Assembly: GCA_904063045.1 (NCBI GenBank)
Contig: CAJFCJ010000002.1
Coordinates: 4,497,645 to 4,561,644, forward strand
DNA: 64,000 nucleotides
Direction of reading: 5' to 3'
Source: Dimorphilus gyrociliatus
Taxonomy: Eukaryota; Animalia; Annelida
In this document: piece after piece, positions 24,480-35,785 of the stretch
Numbering within the stretch: the stretch's first letter is position 1
How the letters are laid out: every line of letters starts with the position of its first letter
Notes under the pieces: model-generated
What the model was told of the DNA's origin: nothing
The model's input: the letters and a program-made list of their open reading frames with translations, nothing else
The model's database searches: none
Made by a program: the position numbers and the translations under genes

Positions 24480-27105
24480 ATGGCTCAAAATAATCAACTT
24501 TTACCAACAACTGCTCAGGAATTTGCTGATGCAAAGTACTGGCAAGACTTTTTCAAAAAACGTGGTGAATCTGCTTTTGAATGGTATATTTTGCATTTTC
24601 TTTATTTATTTCACTTTTTATTGGAATAAACTCCTAAATAGGTATGGTGAATATGCTCAATTATGCGGAATTATTCATAAATATATTAAGCCCAAAGATA
24701 ACGTTTTGATGATTGGTTGTGGAAATTCTGATTTGAGCGCCAACTTGTATGATGTAGGAATACAGAATATCATGAATATTGATATAAGCGATTTGGTAAT
24801 TAAAAATATGAGAACAAAGAATGAAAAACGAGAAAAAATGAAGTTTGTTAAGATGGATGTTACACAGGTTAACAATAAAACGATTAATATGCTTTTAAAA
24901 AATATATCTTAAATAACTAAGAACTATTTCCTGTTGTATTCAGTTAAGTTTTGAGGATGAAAGTTATTCAGTTGTTTTGGATAAGGGAACTCTAGATGCT
25001 CTCTTCACTGATACTAATGATAATACAGTTGAAGTTATTGAAAAAATGTATAATGAAATAGTCAGAGTGCTAAAACTTGGTGGACGATATATTTGTATAT
25101 CACTAGCTCAAGATCATATTGTTAAAAATATTGTTTCATTCTTTCATTCAAAGTAAGCCAGTTTATTCTAGTAGTAATATTATTTCTTTAAATAATAAAT
25201 CATCTTCAGGAATTGGCCAGTTCGTATTTGTAGAATTGAAACATCAGAAAATGACACTTTCGGATTACCAGTTTTTGCATTTGTTTTCACTAAATTCAAA
25301 ATGATGAATAATTTAAAGACACCATTAGAATTCTCTTCATTTTGTGATTCTATTCAAAGATTCGATTCACCTGAGAATTTAATTGAACAGGTCAAACAGC
25401 TTCAATATTACGCTTTTTTAATAAAGAAAGCTGAAAATTCAGAGTAAGACTATAGTTTATTACATATTGAAATTAAGCTAATAATTCTCATAATCCAGTG
25501 AAATAGCCGATGAACACGTCTCTATAAAGTTACACAATCAAGCTCATCAAGAACCACGTTATACAATTCATTTGGTTATTAATAGTGAATTTACTAAAGG
25601 ATTGTCAATGGGTGTGTTTATTGTACCAAGAGGACGAGAAATAGAATGGGTTTTTTCAACTTTCGAAGGTAGAAAGTTATTAGCGAAAAATGCAAACTGT
25701 CGTCGTTTACTTGTTGTAAGTATGTCGCGAAAGCATGAGTATGGAGGTCAGCATAACATTTATTTTATGTCTATCTATTAAATTTTTGATTTTTGAAATA
25801 TAGGTATGGATAGTATAAAAGCAGAATTATCGTCAAAGGTTATGGATCTTGCTCCTCATGGTATTAAGGACAAAGATGTACCTTTTCTTACACTTGGAGA
25901 CAATATTGATTGTCGAACGATTCGATATGAATTTAACAGCAAATTAAGTGGAACTGGTTTTGTAGAAGATGTTAGCTGCTCTGGAGATAACTATCGTCGA
26001 ATTATCTTTGAAACTTCACCAAATATGATTCAGTCAGAAGCCAAATTAGTATATAAAAGTAATATTTAAACAAATATGCAATATACACTAATTATTGACA
26101 AAATTATTCCAAGATGTGAGCAGAAAGAAGAAAGAATTGGTAATTGACAAATCTAGTTTAACTTGTTCATATCATCAATTTATGGTTGCGGGCTTAATTT
26201 TTATAGAAAACTTTCAACAAGTTTATAGTGAGAAATTTAACATAAATCTTAAAGTCAGATCTAAACTTGAAAGTAAATATTCTTATTAGAAAAAAGCGCT
26301 GAAAGAGATATTCCAACTCTGGTGGTTGGTTTCGGCGGAGGCTCCTTAACTTTATTTTTACACACGTTCTTTAAGAAGGTAAACTTGAACAAAATATTGA
26401 TAATTTTTTGTATTTTGATTATATAAACTATATGTACATATATATATATTTAGCTTCTCGTACTGGCTGTAGAGATTGATGAAACCCTACTAGAAATAGC
26501 ATTGAAATGGTTTGCCTTTCCTAAGGATGAATGTCAAGTTATTATAGATGATGGAGTTCATCAGGTGGAGGTTTTGGCAGAAAAGGGTAATTACTTCATG
26601 ACATAATCAAACTTTGTTATTGAAAGTAAAAATTACGTAACAGGTGAAAAACGAATGGTTATTATGTTGGATGCTGACGCTAAAGACATTAGCCAAGGCA
26701 TGACTGCTCCACCTGAGCAGTTTATAGAAGAAAATTTCTTAAAAAAATTATATAATATTCTTCATGAAGAAGGTAGCATGAAAATGATGAAATTTTTTCA
26801 TTTATATTCTCTTATTGTTAACAAACATTTATTCATCAGGTGTTATAATAATGAATATGGCATGTCGAAATAAAGATTTGAAAATTGAGGTTCTTTCCAA
26901 ACTAAAGAAGCAATTCCCATCTGTATTTACTGTTCCAATTGATCAAGAAATTAATGAAATTATTTATTGTAAAAAGCAAAAGTGCCAATTTTCAGAAGAA
27001 TATTGTAAGAAGGAATTAGCAGCCTTAAATTCAATACTATTAGAAACACCTGCAAAGAATAATTTGAGTGTATCGCAATTGCCAAATACTTTAGTTGCTG
27101 TGTAG
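24480..27105 (+). CDS. METTL13: eEF1A lysine and N-terminal methyltransferase (two MTase domains)
   Basis: LLPTTAQEFADAKYWQDFFKKRGESAFEW|YGEY, LMIGCGNS, LDKGTLDAL, FIVPRGREIEWVFST.EGR, and a second domain with LVVGFGGGSL. Confidence 0.93.
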
Positions 27106-27354
27106 AAATATAACTTTACGCTAACATTTCAAATTTGATTACTTGTGGTTTTTGAAAGCAAACTATACATTTACTCGAAAACAAATAAACATTGGAGGTT
27201 AGAATTTGAATTTTATTGGTTAAAGGTTTTTTCTTTTTATTTTTTATATAAAAGTTTGACTTGTCTTTTTAAAGAAACGAGCTTAAAGTTATATAACAAT
27301 CGGAATATTTCGCCGTTTACGAGAGCCCGTATGCTTTTGTCGTAAATATTATTA

Positions 27355-27366
27355 GCGCGCATGCGT
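27355..27366. promoter_or_regulatory. NRF1-like motif (GCGCGCATGCGT) upstream of the SR gene
   Basis: GC-rich GCGCATGCG core in AT-rich DNA just before a spliced 5' UTR exon (donor at about 27453). Confidence 0.4.
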
Positions 27367-27553
27367 AGTGAATAGCCTGTATCCGGTATAAGAAGCATTT
27401 GACGCTCTGATTTTTTTAAATATTTACTTCATATATCGACCAAACAGCAATCGTAAGTTATGCTCAATATATTATGGGTTCAGAGACCAATAATGTTTTT
27501 AGCTATTAATGGGATATGATAACAAAGGCTGATAATCAATATACTTCAGGTGA

Positions 27554-29908
27554 ATGGCGGACAAGCGGTATAGAAGTAGGTCGCGTTCATCTTCTTTTAG
27601 ACGCCGCAGAAGGTCAAGGTCGTCGGAATCGCGAACACCTAGCCCAACAGTGACGAGGAAAAGAGGTTATGGAGGAGGTAAATGGAAAATTTTAAATAAG
27701 CAAAGTTTCGTATGATATCGGTGCCGAGGATCAGTAAGACAACGAAAGAACTAAACAAATAGGGAGTGTAAAAATGTTAAGGCTTGAAGACAAACTACTG
27801 TCATTAAACAGCATATTATGCACCTCTGTAGCAACCGTCTATTTAAGCCTTCAATACTTTTAACGAATGCTTCTACATAAAAATTAAGCAGAATTTGGAT
27901 TTGGTTCTTGAATGTCTTATTTTTAATAACTATTTGTTGATTCTCATCTGGCAAAAAGATTCGAGAGAAGAAATAGTAATATGGAACTATTATTTCTCTC
28001 AACAATAAGAACCATCAGAGATCTTGGTTAACATGTTTGATATCAAAAGGGGCAATATAGCAAACAGATGTACTTTTGGTTATATTAATAAAGAAGTACT
28101 ATTTCTTACTAGGAGGGGGTGGAGGCGGCGGTGGACGTTTTTACGACGATCGACATTACGATAGAAGAAATAACTATCGCCGAAATGATAGAGGTGGAGG
28201 CGGAAGAGGCTACGATCGTTGGGAGGGCGGAGATGATCCATCGGAAGTCGGCTATAGAGTTCATATTGGAGATGTCGTAAAAAAGACTACTCAGGAGCAA
28301 ATAGAAGAAAAATTTAGTAAATTCGGACACATTAGAGACGTTTTTCTGGCTAATACCTTTCCTCAATTTGCTATTGTAAGCTATGAGGAAAAACTAGATG
28401 CTGAAGATGCTATTAGAGAAATGGATGGAAAGTAAGACGCTTGTGTAGCATTTAGTTTTACCAAAACATTAACTTTTGGCATTACAGCTTTTTCAATGGA
28501 TCGAAGATATCTGTATCATTTGCAAGACCGAGAACAAGACCAAGAGGTAATAGAAGACCCCCTAGTTCTTCGTCTTGTTATAAATGTGGTAGAACGGGCC
28601 ATTTCGCAAGAGAATGCAGTCGTGATCCTGGAGAATATATAAACCCTGGTGACGACAGAGACTTCAATAGAGGTCGAGATAGAAGTCGCGACCGTGATAG
28701 AGACAGAGACAGAGACAGAGACGGGTGGAGAGATAGGAAGTATGTATAAGTAAATATTTCGACTTCGATACTTAACATATGTTCAGGAATTTTTCGTACA
28801 GATCGGATAGATATGGTGGCGGAGGTGGCGGAGGCGGCGGTGGCGGAGGAGGAGGAGGAGGAGGAGGCGGTGGCGGCAGTCGACTTTCATGCTATAGATG
28901 TGGAAAGCCAGGACATTTTGCTCGAGACTGTGACAAACCGATTGATTCGATTAGAAGGTAAAAGACTTAAGAGGAAATAATTTTTCTCAGGAATCGAGTT
29001 TCTCTATTTTTTTCTTTCCGCTAAAAAAAACAATGGCCCAAGAGGGAAAACTACCATTTGATTAGGAAACGGATTGTATCCTTCGATATTATTTTATAAT
29101 GTTGTTTACTAATTTCTAGGCATATTCTTCGTGGCTAGAAAACATAATCTTTTTGTTCCGCTGGCGCACATTGGGTCTCGTATTTTGGTGTTAAAGTTTT
29201 AAGCAAAAATTTAATCAATGGTAGTTAACAAAAATTTGGCGAAAAAAATCGCTGGCTTATTGGTTATAGGCGTGTGTGAGAAAGTCTTGGCAAATTTTGG
29301 GTGCTTGGGTGCGGTTGATTAATGTCTAGTAATGTCACGCAATATTGGTTTGTCGCGTAGTTGTTAAACTGAAAAAAACAATTGGTAAGGAAAATATTCT
29401 ATGAATATAGAGTAGATTATATTTTTTCAGTACGTTATTTTTTTCGTTCGCCACTTATAAAATAGCGACTATTCATCCTCATGAGGTTGGATCAACTGTG
29501 GCTGGATAATTTGAAAATGCGTTTTTTTTCGCAACGATATCTACTTTTTATAGTGTCTGTGGATGTCGTTCTTACGATTTTGGTCTCATTCTAAATCTCA
29601 ATCGGCCGCCCTTGTTTTTTCCAGCCAACTGTTTGCTTTGGCATAATGATTAATTCATTTACTTTCATTTTAAGACGAAGGTCAAGATCGTATTCGAGCT
29701 CATTGGATCGTAAGAAGAGGTCTAGATCGAGATCTAGCGTGTCCCCTTTCAACAAAAGGTAAATAACACAAGATTTAATTGAATGTTGATGAAAATTTAC
29801 TGACTATTTACTCTTGATAGGAAGAGAAGTTTCGATGGAGATAGAGATGATAAATTTAAGAGACATAGAGATTCTTACAGCAAATCGCCAGAAAAAGAAC
29901 GCATTTAA
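27554..29908 (+). CDS. SRSF7/9G8-like SR protein: RS + Gly/Arg-rich + RRM + two CCHC knuckles + RS
   Basis: Exons 27554-27677, 28113-28431, 28488-28739, 28787/28802-28957, 29675-29758 and 29821-29908 join in frame. RRM ends DAEDAIREMDG; knuckles CYKCGRTGHFAREC and CYRCGKPGHFARDC. Confidence 0.85.
28815..28877 (+). repeat. (GGN)21 coding repeat, poly-glycine
   Basis: 21 consecutive Gly codons mixing GGT/GGC/GGA between the two zinc knuckles. Confidence 0.9.
29120..29485 (+). other. Candidate stop-containing (poison) cassette exons inside the 717-nt intron 28958-29674 of the SR gene
   Basis: AG/GT-bounded segments 29120-29220, 29270-29384 and 29431-29485. The first two give in-frame stops within 3-6 codons; the third is 55 nt (frameshift). 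Confidence 0.6.
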
Positions 29909-30444
29909 GCTGTTTTATAATCAGTTTGATGTTGTTTCTTGTTTAATTTGTATGTATCACGATAATATTCGATGCAAAATTAAGTTTCGAAATTTTTGTG
30001 AAGAATGGTTTGTTGATCGTTTACAAGCAGATTTTCCATGGAATGCGATTTGTTGTTGTTATAGATTATATTATAGTGTGTGTTGCCTGTTTAAAAGTCT
30101 TATTTTTTTCATTAAAACTTAACGCAATAGATGAAATAACTGCTTTTTTTCATAGATTTATCTTGCATGTGAATTAATTGATTTTTTTTTAATGTATTTA
30201 ATAAAAACTTGTTTCTTGTCATTGGGAATGTATCAATAATTATACAACTTGAACAAACTAATAAATTAGTCAATTTAAAAATCGGTTATATTTGTATTTT
30301 TTTAAACTGAATTCTCCATTCGCTTTCTTTAACTAACTTCACTAATTATTGCAATTTTTTCAAGGCTGACACTGTAGGCCTTTGTGATATCATAACTGTA
30401 TTTAAAATTCTAAAAAAAACAAAAATTAGACGACATTTAAGGAA

Positions 30445-31580
30445 ATGTTTCATAAGGCTTTTATTCTTTTACATTTATTAACCAGGGGTTCTAGTATTGT
30501 TCGTCTATTTGGGGAAGATGAAAAACCATCAACTTTGTTTGTAAATGTAAATATAGCATTATAAATATTTCTAACAAAAAAAAAGATTATGTATATCTCT
30601 ATACAGTATATTGATATCTGTATTTTATATTTTTATATATAATAACTATATTAAGTAAATATAACTTTGATTTCAATAAAGACAAACTTATCTTCTTTAA
30701 GTTAAAAACAAATAAAAAAAAACAGTGGCATACATCGTTAATTGCAGGAACTATCGAAATCAACATTTTGTTTAGAGACGAAAGAATTCATAGAAGGATC
30801 ATCCGATAGAATTTTAGAAATGTTAAATGGACAAGTACTTGATTGCATTCAACTAAATTCCACGATTGATGTCAATAAACAGAATTGTACTGAATTCTTT
30901 TCATCTAATTTATCACAAAAAAGATCTTTATTGCATTTTGTTTGTAAATTTCCCCAAAATGTATCATACCGAATATTTTTGATGATATCACCTACGAATA
31001 AGAAATCATTAGCTAACCCATTTTGTGATTCTTCCCTATATTTCCCTTCGCAGGGACACATAAGAATAGGCTATTGTTGTATAAAGTTATTCGAAAACAT
31101 AACTTTTAATTTTGAATGTTCAAAATTTGAGTCACAAGAATATCCCAATGTTCAATTGCTACAGGTATCTTAAAGAAATTATTCTTTTTGTATATTGATC
31201 AAACGTTCAAATACATAATTCAATAGGTTGAAGAAGAGACATCTGGAGAATTTACAAAGGATTTACAAAGTCAAACGCAATTTACGACTATTCAAACTGA
31301 TATTGAAAATCTTAGTGAAAATATAACTGGTAAGAGAAATGATGGAAAAACCACCAAATCTACTAAATATAAGTATATTATCAGCGAAAATTCTATAGAT
31401 AAGAAACTCAGTGCTAAACTCGTCGGATTTGCTATTGGAGGGTCTTTAGGACTACCAATTTTAATTCTGATAATTATCGTAACTATTCGAGTTGTAAGGA
31501 AGAGAAAAAGATCTTTTCACAGAGTTGAAAAATTAACAAGAAATGTAAGAGATTACGATAATGATTATATCTATGAATAG
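30445..31580 (+). CDS. Orphan type I membrane protein (3 exons)
   Basis: Exons 30445-30540, 30748-31164 and 31227-31580 join in phase 0. Signal-like N-terminus, Cys-containing ectodomain, Thr-rich stalk, TM (LVGFAIGGSLGLPILILIIIVTI), basic stop-transfer RVVRKRKR, tail DYDNDYIYE*. Confidence 0.7.
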
Positions 31581-32385
31581 AAATGAATGTTTCTAATGTT
31601 ACTGTAATTTTTCGCTGTGAAAGTCAAGGACGAAACAAATATAACTGATAATTTGTATTGTATACACAAGTATATATTTTCATATATATACAGTATATAT
31701 GGTATTTTAAAACTGAAGGTTAAAAACATACAAAAAATTCAAACTCACTATAGAATATAACAAAATATACGCATTGAAAATTTATATAAAAAATAAAGAG
31801 GGAAAAAGAGAAAGTATATCTTTGTCAAAACAAAATTATATATGAATTATTAAGGTAAATGCTTACCAACCTGACAAAATAACATTATAAGAGAATTTTT
31901 TATCATAAATCATTTAGAATTTTTCATTCAAAAACATACATCAATACAGTGATTATATATTGCACAGCAGCAAGTTATGGCTAACGGTGAAGATATCATC
32001 TAGGAGGTTCTTGTACATATGAAATACTTTTAAAGTATCCTATATAGATCATATTGTATTACTGTATGAAAATTTAATAGAGCAGGTTAACATCTCTTTT
32101 ATGTGATTTGTATTCTCAATCGAATATGTCAGATAATAATGCAGAGATAGACAAATAACTTTATATTTTTTATAAATGTGTATTATAGGACTAAATTCAT
32201 TAGTTTTTACATAGAGAAAGTACATATAAACGTAAAATTTATGTAATAATTGTATTTAAACATGTATCATTAATGTTATGTCTGGTTACGATATTGTCAA
32301 TCTTGATGTCGCCTACGATTTGCTTCAATAAAGCTCGTATTCGAGACACTCTATTCATTCGAAAAGAACGAGTCAGTGTTCAAAC

Positions 32386-35024
32386 ATGAACGTTTTCTAC
32401 CTATGGTTATTTGCTAGTTTCCGACTTATTTTAGTAAATTGTTCAGGTAATTCAAATAAGGTTAAGTAAAACAATATTTAAATATATTTATTAATGAGAC
32501 AAAGCTATATAAAAAATTATTTTCTTGATATAATCAATAGTTAAAGAATTATGAATAATCATAATTCCTAAATAGCTTTATCAAAAATATGTCTAATATA
32601 ATATATATATTAATTAATAAACGTAAAACAATGCTGATCTTTACGTTGGAAGAGTCCTTGTAGGTTTTTTTAACAGATTCTTTTCTTAATTTCTAATAAA
32701 AGATGAATACTTTTACTAACATAAGTCTGTTGAAGAGTTGTTTGAATAGAGGTAATTCATTTTCCGGTAGTACGAGGAGAAAAATTGTCGGTAAATGACC
32801 TAGTAGTGAGGCGTATGGAATGTTACGTATTTGACATAATCTGTATAAGATCAGTCCTTAGTGAATATAATGTTTGTTATTTCTTATATAATATATTTTT
32901 TATTGATATAATTCCGATAAAATAGGAGTTAGCATAACCTATTTAAATTGTTTATCTTTTTATTATTATTAAAGTCTTCTTTTATTATAGTTTGTACCAA
33001 GCTCTTTCTATCCGTTCCACCATCTTTAAATACTGGAGATCGTCCCAGATTAATATCTGGTATCTATCATTGGAACACTTCTTACTTTTTTAGACCGGTG
33101 TATAGGAATGTTGGGGTCGATATGTACATTTATCATTCTCCATGTTCGAATGAATGGATGATAGGGGAATTAATAGGTGCTGCATGCACAGCTATTTTCA
33201 AGGCAAATTCAACTTACGAAACACCGTTGGAAGACGTAAAGAACTGGAGAAAATTTGACGCTCACCTAGGAATATTTTCGAGCGAATACGTAGAAATAAA
33301 ATGTTTGGGTAGGGGATAAAAATTGTTAAATAAATATTAAAAAATTCGTATTAACGTTTGGTCTATTCTCTTATGTCTTTCAGAAAGAACTTGCGACTAC
33401 CTTTCACTAAATTTAAAGTCCAGTAATGAAGTGAATTATACTCTTCCAGAAGAGTATAAAGGTCTATATGCAGATCATAAGAAAACCCTTTTTGGTCGAC
33501 CAGTTTACAAACATATTCAATCTGAAGCATATATCTATTACCATTCGTCTAAGGCGCGTTGGATTTTTGGCAAAGAATATGATAGGGGTACGGGTTTTTT
33601 AGAATTAGAGAGTAATGCTACAAGACCGGAAGATGGTGGACAATGGATAGATTCGTCACTTAATTCCACTGTTTTTTTAAAGGATGTTAGCCTAAAATGC
33701 CATAGTAAGTTTGCTTTTTTTATTACTATTCAATACTTTATCTTTGTCCCCTCCAAGAAGAAATTCCTGTTATTCTAAAATGAATATTGAGACACTCAAT
33801 CATACGGGACATTAGTAGTAATTTCCTCTTTTTGTACTGCCTTCTATTATGTTGAATATTCTATATATATATAAAATCTGCTATAGAAATTATCCTATTG
33901 TTAATATTGAATTGGTTAGTCGCGTGCCCAGTATACATTTTAGTTCTTACGTCAACAATTTAGGAAAATAATTTTTTGCATTCCATAGGGTGTGGTCAAA
34001 TTCATACTCAGTTTAGCAACGATGAACTAGTACAGGGTGACGACGTTAAATTTCAAGGAAAATGGCCATTTATGGTGAGAATAATTGCAATGATAGCTCT
34101 GATAAACAGATCATTTTTATAGCTCAATAAAAGAATATTCTTTTGTTGAGCTTTACTAAAAAATACTAAATAGATCATAAATCTTTCAACTAACAGATAG
34201 CAATCCTTAGAGAAGATAAAGAATTAAGGTGTGGGGCAGTACTAATAGCCAAAGATTGGTTTATTACTGCCGGTCATTGCGGGATTAGGTAAGTTCATAA
34301 TAATAATTTTTTACACATGTTGTAAACAACCTAAAAATAAAATATAGTAGATATTTATTCAAATTTTAGTGTGGGTGATAGCGTCATAGCGGGGGCTTTG
34401 AATCTCGATGACGAAGCAGAAAAAAATAGGCAAATATCAACAATTAAAGCTATTTACAGGCACGAAAATTTCACGCATATAGCATCACCATTCAGGTAAA
34501 CATTTTAAAATTCCATTAATATTATAATTTTGAAAGTTTGATAAAAAGTTTTTTACTTTTTCAACATTTTTAGAGTTGAAAATGATTTTAGTGTTGTACA
34601 ATTAGAAAAAGCATTCTCTTTTAATCAATTTGTTCAACCGATATGTCTTCCGACGCTGACCGAACCTTTAGAAAGTTTAACGTTTATTGGTTGGGGTGGA
34701 AAGGGTTTAGATCAACAAGTTGGTTCTGTTTTAAATGAAGCAACGGCGACCACTTTACCTTTGAAAGAATGTAATCTTTTTTTTCCCACTTTTAAATGGT
34801 TAATTGAAAGTCATTCAATATGTATTGCTGGACAACAAGCAGCTAAGACCTGCACTGGAGATAGTGGCGGTCCATTATTTAAAGTTACAAAAGATAAAAC
34901 GGTTATTCTTTTGGGTATTGCCTCATGGACAACGACTTTATGCTTCCCTCTTGGTTATCCAAGCGTCTATGCGGATGTAAGACCATTCACTAATTGGATA
35001 AGAGAAAAGTGCCAATGTTTTTAG
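32386..35024 (+). CDS. Secreted modular S1A (trypsin-fold) serine protease with two N-terminal repeat modules
   Basis: Signal exon 32386-32446; module exons 32991-33308 and 33384-33704; RCGQ...LVQG...WPFM; triad motifs TAGHC, ENDFSV, GDSGGP; QPICLP. Confidence 0.9.
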
Positions 35025-35785
35025 GAAATATTCAAGCTTTTTATTCCATTGTAAAGAGGTTGTATAAACTGTGTACAGATGACTCACGCTGAGGTATCCT
35101 TTTTCGTCTGTTATATTTTAACCTAGAAGTGCCCTTCTTATCAAAAACTCCTCTGATTTAATAAGCAAAATACACTTTTTATTGTTATTATATTATTATT
35201 TACATAATATAGTGATTCGAAACGAATGCTAACTAATTAAATAAAAAACAAAGGTTTATTCTTTTGTTTCGAGTAAGAATAATAATAGTACTATGACTTT
35301 AACTTGGAGAAAATTCTTCATTTTACCTGTTGTTATGAAGGTCATGACTAATTTTTAAGAATCGAATAGTTCTTTTAGAGAAAAAATGAAAGAGCAGGCC
35401 AAAATAGCATGAAAAACGTAAAAAAGAAAAATTAGAATCAGTTGTTGATACTTTAAATGATCTTTAAAATTTTACTCCGAATTCTATTAGCTTTGATGTC
35501 ATAACAGTTGATAAATGAGATATTTAAATAGGTACTCCATTGAGAGTTTACCGCCATTGATACAATATCTATGGAATATTTTACAGAGATAAACTGGTAT
35601 ATGTTCTAGGCAACACGTTGACCCAAAAATTCTAAAATGTTTTAATAACGATTTTATCTATTTCCAGCTTTATTAGACAGCCTTTGTCTACGTTTTAGAT
35701 TAGATATAGATCTGTACAAGGAGACAAAGCTATTAAAGAGTCTTTTGAGGATTTTTATGTCATTTTCACTTAAAAACAAACGGTA

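Noticed and set aside
31935-31985. miR-92-like seed TATTGCAC
   Set aside because: Only 5 bp pair with the upstream arm; no pre-miRNA hairpin.
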